Of a DNA stretch of 64,000 nt, positions 45,654 through 58,700 are shown in pieces. The stretch is from Octopus bimaculoides (taxonomy: Eukaryota): positions 21,265,587 to 21,329,586 of the forward strand of contig NC_069003.1 in NCBI RefSeq assembly GCF_001194135.2, given 5' to 3'. A model generated the notes under the pieces. It had not been told where the DNA came from and ran no database searches. It saw only the letters and a program-made list of their open reading frames with translations. How positions within the stretch are numbered: the stretch's first letter is position 1; every line of letters starts with the position of its first letter. Both the position numbers and the translations under genes were made by a program.

Positions 45654-48600
45654 GTGAAGGCATGTGGCCTAGTGGCTACACTGTTGCATTCACAATCGCT
45701 AGATTAAGGGTTTGATTCCCAAACTGGGTGGTGTGTTGAGTTCTTCAGCAAGACACTTCATTACATGCTGCTCCATTCCACTTTTCAATCAAGGGAGAAT
45801 GTTGGTCAGCTCGAAGGCTAAAACAATGCAAAGCACACTGTGATTAGCAATGTGGAGCAACATAAAAGTCTGGTCAGTCACCTTATATACATGTATATAA
45901 AGTAAAATAGCTTATGTTCATGTAGGCATGATATAAATAGAAAGCTTTCTTAATTACCATCCAAGACGCTGAATGTTCACTGATGCATTTAGTTTATTGA
46001 ACTGTCTTTAAGACAAGATTAGATTTTTGATAAAAAAATTATTTAGAATTATCATTATCTTTAGAAACGAATATATTTCATAATATCTTTATGTAAAAAG
46101 TATAGATAAAATGTAACATTTTTCTATCCCTTCTGTGAGGATTAGTGTTAATAGTTGGAATGCTTATATTTTTAATAATTCATTTCAGATACTTAGACAG
46201 ACATCTGTGAGTGCGTGTATTTAATAATAATGAGCTTATTGTATACAGTGCTCAGGTGCACTATATCAAGGATAAAAAATGGATTAACGGTCCTCCTGAG
46301 TGACAGGCTCTTAAGGCTAGTTTCCCCAAACTGTGGCATATATATTCCCCCACTAGATGGGATACTGGTTTGTTGCAGTATTATTCACTTTTAATAGCTG
46401 AGTGGACTGGAGCAATGTGAAATGAAGTGTTTTGTTCAAGAATACAATATACCACCTGGTCCAGGAATTGAAACCACCATCTCATGATTACGAATGCAAC
46501 ACCCTAACCATTGAGCCATGCACCTCCACACACACATCATAATTTTACTGTACGCTTTTCCATGCTTGCATGGATGGATGGAATTTGTTGAGGCAGATTT
46601 TCTATGGCCAGATGCCCTTTCTATCACAAACTATCATATTGCCAAGCAAAATAATACTATCCTATGGCTAGACATATTTTCAAAGAAGCTTAGAAACAAA
46701 GGACACCGTATAATGATGACACTCGTTCACAACGATCAGGAGACACAAAGACAAGGCAACACCAACTGTCTCTCTCTCTCATACACACACACACATATGT
46801 ATATGACGACGGACTCTTTTTTATTGTCTTACAAATCCATTTGCCCAAGGTTCCACGCAATGGAACTGAAACTGAAATCACATGGTTGTAAAGTGAGCTT
46901 CTTAACTTCACAGCCAAGACCACGCCTGTCATTTATTTATTTATTTATTGGTGGGTTTAAGGACGATTAAAATGGAAATCACAGTTCCCTAAGTGTCTCC
47001 GGGACACTGGGACCCAGACTTGAATCACAGGTTTGCAGACCAAGTAGATGGATATTTAAATCGTATTTTGCTTTAAGTTGTGTGAGAGAGAGAGAGAGAG
47101 AGAGAAACAAGAGGTGATCAATTGCCAGGACTACAATAATATATCGATACCATAACACACCTGATATATAAAAACCAACGAATAGATACTACTGTACTTA
47201 TAATTTGACCATTTATTTTAAAATTTTTCCGTAAATGAAATAAAATAGAAAATAAATATGAAACAAAGGGCGATAATTTGAGGGAATATAACTATTCCAT
47301 CAGAGTTATTTCCCTTACACACTAAAAAACTTTCTCTTAAAGCTTGACTTATTACAACTTTTTGCAGCTGTTAATTTTTGTAAATAAAGCCGAGGAGAAT
47401 AAAGAAAATACTGAAAGGAAGACACTGCAAGGATCAAAATGGATATACACCGCACGCATAAAATGGCCAAGAAGAAAAGCTTTGGGCTTTTTGTTTTTGC
47501 GGTGAGGGACAGCTATGTAGAGAGAAGACCATTCGGGCATGACGTGCTTCAGGTTAACTTAGCGAAGCAGAATTATCTGCCCTTGCTATCAAGCCTCTAA
47601 GACCCCACCCTGCCCCCACCACTACAGAAGCTCTCGTATCAGGCATGCATTTCCCAGTTCGTAAATTTAACCGCATTCATTCAGCGAAGTAATAATATCT
47701 GATTAGTCAATATATCTGAGATGTATTGTTGTTAAAATGTTCTAACGTATTCAGACAATTTAATTAAACCTAACTTGAAGATGTAACATAGTTTTAATAT
47801 TTACTTGCACCCATTAGATCATAAGTGAATACAGCAGAGATGAAACATTCTGTTTTGCTTTCCTTCGATGGTGGTGCTTCAACCATTTCGAGGCCGTTAA
47901 CAGCCCACTAAAGGTGGTTGATTGACAGTTGTTAAAGCATAAGATTAAATTGTAGTGAAGGTGCATAGCTTAGCGTATTCAGCTCACGGTTGTAAGATCG
48001 TGAGTTCGATTCTTGGCGGTGCGTCGTGTCCTTGAGCAAGACACTTTATTTCAAGTTGCTCCAGTTCACCCAACTGGCAAAAATGAGTTGAACCTTTAAT
48101 TGAAAGAGCCAGCCTTTTCATATTCTGTGTCACTGAATCCCCCTGAAAGCTACATTAAAGATACATGTGTCTGTGGAGTGTTCAGCCACCTGCACATTAA
48201 TTTGTTAATGTTCTATTGATCAGATCAACTGGAACCGTTGTTGTTATAAGCGGCAGAGTACCACTTGGATTAAATTTCGTTGTGGTGTTTGTTCTGGCTC
48301 TCGGCATTTTAAGTTCCAATCTTGCTAAAGCCAACTTTCCCTTTCATCTTCTTGAGTATTGGTAAAGGAACCACCAACTGGGTGCCGGTGCAGCTCTCTC
48401 TTCTACCACCTGTTACATCCTGGATGTTTAGCTGGGTTAAGGGTGATAGGATGGTTTTAGGGAGTGGGGTGTCTGTGTTTGTATAAATTTACAACTATGT
48501 GTGAACCTAAAACAATTGGCAAAAGTATGGTGTATGCTACCAAGCCATCATTTATTTCCAAGAGATGACTGGTGAGGTGGCTGTAAAGGCTTGTGACCCA

Positions 48601-49696
48601 GGGGTTGAAGTTTTAGGCTTGCAATCATGACTGCAATCTTGGACTGGGCTGCACATCATATGATGATATATACTTTTAATCTTTTGCTTCAGTCACTGGA
48701 CTGTGGCCTTGCTGGGGCATCACCTTGAAGGGTTTAGTAAAACATATCAACTATGATACTTATTTTTAAAGTCTGGCTGAATTGAACAGCTTAGTTGTGA
48801 GAATGTAAACAAATCAATATTGATTATCAAACGGTGGAGGGACAAACACACATGTGCATACATACACATGTGCACACATACACATGTGCACACAGTTTCT
48901 GTTTATCAAATTAAAAAGGCATATGTGTATGCATGACTGTGTGGTAAGAAGTTTGCTTGTCAGCCACATGGTTCTGAGTTCAGTTCCACTGCATGGCACC
49001 TTGGGCAAATGTTTTCCACTAGAGCCTTGGGCCAGCCAAAGCCTTGGGCCAGCCAAAGCCTTGTGAGTGGATTTGGTAAATGGAAGCTGAAAGAAGCCTG
49101 TCATATCTATGTATATTTATATACATATATGTGTGTGTGTGTCTCTGTGTCTGTGTTTGTCCCCCACCACTGCTTGACAACCAGCATTGGTGTGTTTATA
49201 TCCCTGTAACTTAGCAGTTAGGCAAAGAGACCAACAGAATAAATACCACGCTTAGAAAAAAAAATAAGTACTGGGATCAGTTCATTCAAGTAAAAGTTCT
49301 TCAATGCAGTGCCCCAGCATGGCCAGTCAAATGACTGAAACAAATAAGTGATGAAAGAAAAGATTCTGGGTAACAGGAGACAATTATCCACTGGTAGATG
49401 GAAGAGATACCCATAGATCCTATATCATCACCATCATCAATATCAACAGGTAGAGTGTAAAAGCAAAAAATAGTTAGTGATTACCATAACTGTGTGTGTG
49501 TGTGTGTGGACATGGTGTGGGTGATGATGTTCAGTGTTGAAATGTAGCGTGATGGAGAGTTGTTGATGCATGACAATAAAGACTCAGCTGAATATTGAAC
49601 AGTTGAAGCAAGGATCAATATTAGATTAAACTATAGACAAAATGGCTGAAAATGAGGAAGTGGTAGTGGTAGTAGTAGCTAGAGTAGTAATAATAT

Positions 49697-51065
49697 TTGT
49701 TTCAAATTTTGGCACAGGGCCAGCAATTTTAGAGGGAAGAGTTTAGTCAATTACAATAAACCCCCCAGTATCTGACTGGTACTTTATACTATCAACCTAG
49801 AAAGAATGAAAGGTACATTTGACCTTGGTGAGATTTGAGCTCAGAAGAAATGCTGCCAGACATTTTGTCCAGCATGTTAAGAATTGTACCAGTTTGCTAC
49901 CTAATAATAATAATAATAATAATGATAATAATTTCAAGCTTTGGCACAAGGCCAGGGATTTTGGGAGAGGGGGCAGGTCAGTTACATTGACCCCAGTGTT
50001 CAACTGATACTCTTTTTATTGACCCCAAAAGGATGAAAGGCAAAGTTAACTTTGGTGGAATTTGAAGTCAATATGGATGAACTTCCGCCAAACACTTTGT
50101 CCAGCATGCCAATGGCTCTGCCCACTTACCACCTTAGTAATAATAATAGGCTGCGAGCTGGCAGAAACCTTAGCAAGCCAGGCGAAATTCTTAGCGGTAT
50201 TTCATCTGTCTTTATGTTCTGAATTCAAATTCTGCTGAGGTCGACTTTGCCTTTCATCCTTTTGGGGTCAATAAATTAAGTACCAGTTGTGTACTGAGGT
50301 TGATCCAATCAACTGGCCTCTTCCCTAAAAATTTCGGGCTTTGTGCCGAGTAGAAAATAATAATAAGAAGAAAAATAACCTCTTCTTACTATAGGCACAA
50401 GGCCTGAAATTTGGGGGGAGGGGACCAGTCGATTACATCGACCCCAGTGTTTCACTGGTACTTAGTTCATAGACCCTGAAAAGCATGAAAGGCAAAGTCG
50501 AGTTTGGTGAAATAATAACAATAATAATGATTTCAAATTTTGCCACAAGGGCAACAATTTTGGGAGAGGGGATGAATCGATTACATCGACCCCCAGTATT
50601 TAACTGGTACTTAATTTACCGACCCTGAAAGAATGAAAGGCAAAGTTGACCTTGGTGGATTTTTTTTTAACTCAGAACATAGCAATAGGCAAAATACCGC
50701 TAAGCATTTTGTTCAACACACTAAAGATTCTGCCAGTTCACCACTTTAATAATTAATAATAATAATGATGATAACAACAATAACAACAACAACAACAATA
50801 ACAATAACAATAACAATAATAATAACAATAATAATAATAATAATATTAGTAATCCTTTCTACTAAAGGCACAAGGCCAGAAAATTGGGGGTGGGGTACAG
50901 CTGATTACATTAACCCCAGTATACCACTGGTACTTAATTTAACAATTCTGAAAGGGCGAAAGGCAAGGTTGACCTTGGCAGAATATGAACTCAGAACATA
51001 AAAATGGGCAAACTGCTGCTAAGCATTCATTTGGTGTGCAAACAATCCTGCCAGCTCACCACCTT
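49697..51065. mobile_element. Cluster of about 6 ATT-tailed SINEs separated by (AAT/AAC)n
   Basis: Five minus-strand and one plus-strand copy back to back; similar cluster at 59145-60710. Confidence 0.8.
50149..50365 (+). mobile_element. Full-length tRNA-derived SINE with (ATT/AAT)n tail
   Basis: TGGCAGAA...GTTCTGAATTCAAATTC head, ctttgcctttcatcc body, ggccttgtgcc.agtagaaa 3' end; more than 25 related fragments in the window. Confidence 0.88.
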
Positions 51066-51699
51066 AATGATAATAATAATAATAATAACTGTTTTATGTC
51101 GACATTCTATGTCACTTTGATTTGGATGGGTCATTATGGTCTGTGTCCCTTCTTGTTCAGAGTCACTACACTTTCAGGCAGATTGGAAGTCTACATTTTG
51201 CCTAGACATTTCATTTTCTTATCCTTCCACTTTGCGCAGTGTACTACAGAATGTGGTGTAAAACATTACTGTAGTTAAGTCCATATCAAGGGAGTTAACC
51301 CTCAACAGGGACATAACTCTGCAGTTAAAAACTACACACTGATAAATTAAGTTTGATAACATTAGTACCAGTTTAAATACTGCAGTTGGTCTGATCAACT
51401 AAAAGACTTGATAGCAGTGACCCTGAAGGGTTGCAGTCCAGTGAAATAGAATATGCTAAGCTAGAAGATGTGGTGAGGGCTCAGTAACAAGCAAAATTAT
51501 ATCTCTAATATAGACAGATTTGCTAGGGTGTTGAAGTGAATGTTATATTATAATAAATCCCTGCCTCTGGTTTGTTGCCTACCGTGAACTAGAATGGAAG
51601 TACATAAGGTTTAAAGGACCTAACGAGAGTGAAATGGCTACAGACGAAACACACAGTCTACAGGACTAGTTGAAGAGGGTTTTGTCAACTTGTCTGTTT

Positions 51700-52025
51700 C
51701 AGCTTTATATAGCACATATATGCATATACGAGATATATATACATAACATATATATGCATATATGAGCTGTACATGCATATATACATATATATATTATATA
51801 TACATATATATATATTATATATACATGTATATATACATATACAAGATATATATACATATATGAGACATATATACATACATATATATGTATATTATATATA
51901 TGTATATTACATATATATATATATATACACACAGACACACACAGATATATACATATACAAAATATATATATATACACACACACATATATATATGTACACG
52001 CATATATGACATATATGCATGCATA
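51700..52025. repeat. (TA/CA)n low-complexity tract
   Basis: Direct reading; similar tracts at 11300-11820 and 31720-32110. Confidence 0.9.
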
Positions 52026-52304
52026 ACTACAGATAGAGTTTGTGTGCATATCATCTAAATTAGAGGGAGACATAGATGGGAAGAAGGCGAGAGAGGGGTG
52101 AGGAATTAAAAGAAGTGGATTAAAACAATAAGAGCTGGAGCATCAGAACTAGTGGTACCACTACCACCATCACCACCACAAACAGCAACAACAACAACAG
52201 CACTAACATTGACAGCAACAATACCAGCACAAACGTAAACAACCCTCCACCACCACCACCACTACCAAAAATGATCGATACTCAGCTCCATTAATATTGC
52301 TTAA

Positions 52305-54758
52305 CTTTCTGTCTACCAATGGGTTCATTGGACCCATTTCAGTTTTTTCAGTTTATATTTTCCTACTGTTTATATTATTTGACTCTGCTGGTTTCTTGTG
52401 ACTTATTATTTCTTGACTCTCTTTTATTTGTCAAATGGGAAATTTTCTGTATATTTATAAAAGCTAGAAAATTTCACTTCATACATTAATTACCGTATAT
52501 GTCAATTGGCCCTTGCAATAAATTCAGACAATTACTCTTGTCATTCTAAACAGAATAAAAGCAGTGTCAAATATTATTTTCCTAGATATTTATCAGATAT
52601 AAAATAGATAAAATTGTATTCAATTTATTTGCTGAATTTTAGATTCGACAGGAAAAATTATGAAAATATTCCTGTAAATTTGTGTGGTATTGCATCACCT
52701 TCAATCTGCTAGGTTATAGGGTGATGCAAAATTTCTATGTGATGACGCAATTCTTACAATATATTGCATCATCTTTCAGGAGAGTATAAATATGTGAGAG
52801 AGCATTATCTGTCTTTAGTCTACTATCAAATCGCAGATAGTTCAGTTGTGCTTTCCAATATGCCTAGATGTGAAAACTTGAATGAAGGCCAAATATTGAA
52901 AAGGTTATTGGAATTAGATAGTAGTGATTCCTTCTATTGCTCTGAAGATGATGGTGAAAATGATTGCGTGCTGGACAGTTTAGGTTCTGTGTCATCAAAT
53001 GATGAAGATACTCAAAAACAATTATCTGCTAGTCACCCAATTATGAATGAGGAATACATTTCTAGGGACAGACAAGAAGTTTGGCATTCTAATTCTCTTA
53101 CACAAGCAGCATTAAGAACTTCATCTTGCAATATATTGTGCAAAAAGAATGTGGACCATTCTGTTTTGCTAAAAGGTCTTGTGATAGCATTGAAACATGG
53201 TTTACTATCTTTATGTGCCAGAATCTTCTTGAAGTAATTCGTAAATGGACAAATGCTGAAGGTCAGATTATTTACAAAGATAAATGGAAGGAAACTAATC
53301 ACTCTGAATTTATTAAACTGATTATTCTTATAGATGTTTATAAATCTAAACATGAAGATGTCATGCAGTTATGGAGTCAAGAAGATGGCTGCCCAATATT
53401 CAACAGAATTATGGGCTGGGGAAGATTTCAACAGATTTTACAAGTATTGCACTTTGATGATGCTAGTGCAAGAAGAAAAAAGAGAAGTGATGATAAATTG
53501 GAGCCCATAAGAGAAGTATTTGAAATGTGGAATCAGAATATGCAAGATGGATATGTTCCAAGTTTATGCATGACAGCTGAAGAACAATTAGTTTCATTCA
53601 GAGGGTACTGCGTATTCCGGGTATATATTCCTTCAAAACCAGGGAAATATCGAATTATAATTTGGGCAATATGCAACAGTGAAACATCTTATGCCTGGAA
53701 AATGCAAATCTACACCGGAAAAGTCCAGTAAAAGGGAGAGAGACAAATTAAGCTTCAAGAGTTGTTGAAGACCTAATAAAAGAACTTGAAAATACTGGCC
53801 ACAATATAGCTTGTGATAATTTTTTTACAAGTCTAGGATTGGTTCAAAAGCTGCTTAGCAAGAAAACTACTTCAGTTGGAACAATTAGAAAGAACAGAGT
53901 TGAACTTCCAAGTGCTTTCACAAATGGAAAAGAAAGAGAAATTAACAGCACAATATTTGGATTTCAAAAGGATTCTATGATCCTATCTTATTGTCCCAAG
54001 AAAAATTATGCAGTCACACTTATGAGTACAATGCACTTGAAAAAGTACTGAAAAGAAACCTGAAATTATTACATGTTGCAACAAAACAAAAGGAGGAATG
54101 GATACCCTAGATAAGATGGTAAGGACATACACTTGCAAAAGAATGACTCAAAGATGGCCTATGGTTATATTCTACAACATGATTGATATAAGTTCAGTGA
54201 GTGCTTTCATTGTTGCTTTACAGCTTCACTTGTAAAGTTTCAAGGATAAAAGAAGACGGTGCCTAATTCACTTAGGAAAGGAACTTGCTGGAGTTAATGC
54301 TAAACAACAACATGACAAACAATCTTCTAGTTCCACTAACATTCCTGAACCAAACAAGAAAAGAAGATGATCTTCAGCCTCATTTGAGATTCCTCAGCCA
54401 AAGCAAAAATGAAGATGTTCTTTGTGTAACCCCAAAACAGACAAGAAAACTCGTACTACATGTAAGAGTTGTAATATCCATGTTTGCCAAGAACATCCCA
54501 ATGTTGTCTGCACTGACCGCCATGAAAAGCTGTAAGTCTATTTTTTTGTCATTTTATAAATTTATAATATATTCTGTAAGCTGTATTATTCCTATTAAAA
54601 TTTGTGAGAAACAGTAATTTTTCATTCACCTGGTAGCATATATAATGTAGCTAAGAAATAGTGGTGGTCTGAATAAGATTTAATTAAAAGAAAAATACTG
54701 GGTCCATTAGACCCAGTTGGTAATTAGTGATGTACATTTTTCCCCAGTAGACCAAAGG
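52305..54758 (+). mobile_element. Full-length decayed piggyBac DNA transposon (2454 bp)
   Basis: TTAA at 52301-52304 and 54759-54762; imperfect TIRs CTTTCTGTCTACC / CAGTAGACCAAAGG; subterminal GGGTYCATTRGACCCA motifs at both ends; internal transposase remnants. Confidence 0.93.
52860..54535 (+). pseudogene. piggyBac (PGBD4-like) transposase pseudogene, frameshifted with stops
   Basis: Motifs MTAEEQLVSFRG (first catalytic D replaced by E), YIPSKPGKY, IACDNFFTS, KGGMDTLDK and C-terminal RCSLC..TCKSC.IHVCQEH..VCTD. Confidence 0.92.
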
Positions 54759-54946
54759 TTAATTGAGAAAAAGGTGGACAGAAAGTGGGGGTTGGTGGGG
54801 AAACTGCAGGGCCACCTGAGGTTAATTAAAAAACTGTTCCAATATCATTTCACAATAATAAATACTAATTAGGATGGCAAGTTTAAAACACAATAATAAA
54901 AAAAAAATTAACAAAGAAAATACATAATAGTAAAACTGTTAGCACA

Positions 54947-54947
54947 G

Positions 54948-55013
<66 letters not shown>
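54947..55013. repeat. (GAT)n microsatellite, about 22 units
   Basis: Direct reading. Confidence 0.95.
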
Positions 55014-55015
<2 letters not shown>

Positions 55016-55569
55016 AGGACTCCGTTATCCAATATTGTCTTTTCTTTGTTAAGAAAGTAAGAAGTGATTTGAGGAAAATTGAGCTGCTACTTCTAGAAAG
55101 TTAAGCAGTTACTTATAGGCACCTTGATTGGCTTATGTTTGTTGTTGTTATTGAAGTTTGGTGCTAGCTTTGTTTTCTAACATAGTGTATCTAGGACTAC
55201 ATTATTCAATGCTTCTTTTCTTTATATCTAAATACCAGGGTGTGATTTGTGGGAAGTTTGACTGTAATTTCTAGCAGGTCATTCAGATGTTTTCATGGTT
55301 CCCTTGTTGATTTTGTCCTTTCCTCAGCTTCCCTACACCTTTTTCTCCTTCTACTTAATGCGTGAATATGTATCTAGAAATATGTATGTGGATATGCATG
55401 TATGCACACACACACACACACATATGCATACACACACACACACATATGAAAGGCATCTTCTAGTTTCCGAAACCAAATCCACTCACAAGATGTTACACTG
55501 TAGGACTCAACCATACAGCCACACCTGTATGTATGTATGTGTGTATATGTGTGTGTATGTGCATATATG

Positions 55570-55603
<34 letters not shown>

Positions 55604-56347
55604 CATGCATACATACACAATTACCAGGGTTCAGATTCAATCCTGGTGCCTGGCATCTGGGGCCAGTATCTTTTACCAGGGCCTCAGGTCCACTAAAGCT
55701 TTGTGTAAAATTGCATAAATGGAAGCCCATGTGGAAGCACAAACAGACACACAAATGTATGTGTAAGTGTGTGCGTATTTATGTATACGCACACACATAC
55801 ACAAGGACATACATGTGCATATATAAAACACATACATGTACATACACACACACATAACTCCTGATACATCTAATGTTGTGTGTGTGTGTGTGTGTGACTG
55901 TGTGTGTGTTCATGCATGAAAGTGAAAAGGGTGGAAAGCAAGGGAAATCAAGAAATGCCTGACAGAAGAAAAGAAATTCATTAATTCATGGAAGTGTGTG
56001 AAGTAAAGCTTGTAATATATTTATTTACACCCATTTAATTCATTACCCATGTCTGCTGTAGTATCTTTGATCACTGGCCTGTTTGAGCAGAGCAGGCTTA
56101 GGGTTAACAACAACAACAACAACAACAAATGAAGGCTCAAGAAAATACTAGAAACAGTTGTCAGTTGTGGGGCTGAAAATAATGTTACATAGGCACAGGT
56201 TAAGAAACCTGCTTAGCAACAATGTGGTTTCAGGTTCATCCCCACTGTACAGCACCTTGGGCTAGTGTCTTCTACTATAGCCCTGGGCTGACCAATGCCT
56301 TGCAAATGAATTTTGTGACAAAAGCTATTATGAAGAAACTCTTCACA

Positions 56348-56560
56348 CACATACATACATACATACGTACATACATACATACATACGTACGTACATACAT
56401 ACATACATACATACGTACGTACGTACATACATACATACGTACGTACGTACGTACATACATACATACATACATACGTACGTACATACATACATACATACGT
56501 ACGTACGTACGTACATACATACATACATACATACGTACATACATACATACATACATATAC
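56348..56560. repeat. (ACAT/ACGT)n tetranucleotide array
   Basis: Direct reading. Confidence 0.95.
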
Positions 56561-56999
56561 ATACATATAAATATAGACACATGTGTGTCTGTCCTCCACT
56601 ACCACTTGACAACTGGTGTTGGTTTGTTTATGTCTCCATAGCTTAGTGATTTGGCAAAAGAGACAGAGAGAATAAACACCCGACTTAAAGGGAAAATAAT
56701 TACTGAGGTCAGTTTGATTGATTGAACCCTTCTAGGCAGCGCAACAAGTAAAAGAGATCTATAGAAATAGATAAAGAGGAAAAAGAAATCAGAATACAGC
56801 TCTTCTGATATTGTTAACATCATCAGGATATGGTTAGTTGTGACAACTTGGAATATCCTGACGGCATTTCTATGACAGAAATAGAGGGTCATGAATTTGG
56901 TGGTACTACTTTGGGGCTGCTACCGTGATGCCTGAAAACCTACTCTGGAGGATACAAGAGACGATCAGTGAGGACTACAGCTCTAACTACATAGCATGG

Positions 57000-57345
57000 A
57001 AATGACATTCTATTGGACCTCCAGGCAGAAGTGTTGGTGCGCCTGTGTGTGTGAGAGTGGTGTTGGGGAGAAGGGAAACTTGTTTGGACACCAACCCTAG
57101 CCAGGGTAGATGCATTTTACAGGATCTTTTTGCAGCAGGGGGAGTCCATTGGGACTGCAATCCTAACTGCCTGAAATGGAAGCAACATTCTACTGGATTT
57201 TTGGGGCGAAAAATGGTGGAGAAGGACCTGTTTGGACACCAACCCTGGCCAGTGTAGACACATTTTAATGGATCTTCTGGTAGCAGGGGAGGATCTGTTG
57301 GGACTGCAGCCCTAACCAAGAGTAGTGACAATCTACTGGAACTTC
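57000..57345. repeat. Diverged tandem duplication, period about 148 bp
   Basis: tgtttggacaccaaccct.gccag.gtaga...gggactgca..cctaac at 57081 and 57229. Confidence 0.8.
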
Positions 57346-57619
57346 ATGGGTGCACTTTAACATTGTACCCAGCATCTTGTTAGTGAAGATACTAATGGTG
57401 AAGTGACAAACATTATTGGTGTTATCATATTATTGCAGCTATCATCCATCATAGCTGTGATGGACAATAGCTGACAATAGAGTGTATGTAACTCACTTCT
57501 AGCTGTTTCCCCAAACTTAGGACATACATCACTGTAACCTTGGCATGGTTATAAAAGTAATCTAGAAGATATCTCTGTAGGAGTTGTATGATTACATTGT
57601 GTAACAAAATTTTAATTTT

Positions 57620-58700
57620 TCTTTTGTCTTTGGTCAGTAAGTGTTATTTCCTATTTGCTTCTATCTAGAAATCAAAGGAAATGACCACTATTCCCTTTCA
57701 AACTTTGCTTTGTGACCTGGACATCAATGTTTTGAAACTGACCTACTTTCCATTACATTTCAGACAGATTCAGTGCTGAGTTGCTGAAGCAGAAATATCA
57801 TTATAGCAAATCTTCTGCTCAATACCACAGATTTGCTTGTCTCTTGCTTGACCTTAACCACTTGAGCATGTCTCAAGTGGTTGACAATATGTGCATCTCT
57901 GATCATGAGCAGAAGTAGTGGGGGAGCATCGTAGCCATGTGTTGAGAGGGATTCTTTAGGGTTTGAATAGATGTAACAAAAGCAAAGCTTGAAGGAAATA
58001 ATATTAGCCATTTTTAATACTTTCTAGGGGTAAGCAAATAGGAAATAACGGATCTTTTTTAAAACGGGGGCCACATTTTTCATTAACGAAACACTTTGAA
58101 ACTTGGAACACTGGTAGAATGTGTCATATAAAACATCTTTTTCTCTTAGTCTTCTTTAAAAANNNNNNNNNNNNNTAAAAAAAAAAGAAATCCATAAATT
58201 ATTCCATGTTAAAGTTGTCGTATTTCTGTAATTTCAACCAATCACTGACGTCCATTCAGCCGATATACATTAAGCGCCGACTACATAAACAAACGATTCT
58301 GAAACAATTAACCCTAACCCTAACTCTAACCCTAACCCTAGGGTTAGGGTTAGGGTTAGAGTTAGGGTTAGGGTTAAAGTAAATTTAAAATGAAAAAAGC
58401 AAATAAAACGAAGAATCATTTGTTTATGTAGTCGGCACTAAATGTATCTCGGCTGAATGGACGTCAGTGATTGGTTGAAATTATCGAAATAAGACAATTT
58501 TTTACATGAAATAAATTCGAATACAAAAATATTTTTCTGTTCTATAACACAAAATAGATAAGTATACGAAGTTTGAAAGTCTTTCGGTACCAAAAACACT
58601 ACGTAAAACATTAATGAAAAATGTGGCCCCCGTTTTAAAAAAGATCCGAAATAACAGTTGCTACACAAGGACAAAAATCGTGTTACACAGTGTTACAGAC
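57620..58700. repeat. Older dispersed repeat hosting the 58050 insertion; second copy at about 38790-39275
   Basis: Co-linear similarity (agaaatcaaag...cactattccctttcaaactttgct...gcaaataggaaa..acagttgctac.caaggacaaaaat) between the two loci. Confidence 0.85.
58050..58647. mobile_element. Non-autonomous TIR element with 37-bp perfect TIRs, 8-bp TSD and a central telomeric palindrome
   Basis: TIR GGATCTTTTTTAAAACGGGGGCCACATTTTTCATTAA at both ends; TSD GAAATAAC at 58042-58049 and 58648-58655; empty site visible in the paralogous repeat at 39228-39235. Confidence 0.92.

Noticed and set aside
53126-53731. Domesticated PGBD gene
   Set aside because: Multiple frameshifts and stops, and TIRs and TSDs are still present: a dead transposon copy.
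55295-56641. YVCM/TYIH-repeat ORFs
   Set aside because: Translations of (TG)n, (TA)n and (ACAT/ACGT)n arrays.
56987-57331. 114-aa minus-strand ORF
   Set aside because: Spans a decayed 148-bp tandem duplication whose units are not in the same frame.
58308-58377. Ancestral telomere-telomere fusion site
   Set aside because: The orientation is CCCTAA then TTAGGG, the reverse of a fusion, and the repeat lies inside a TIR/TSD-bounded element.
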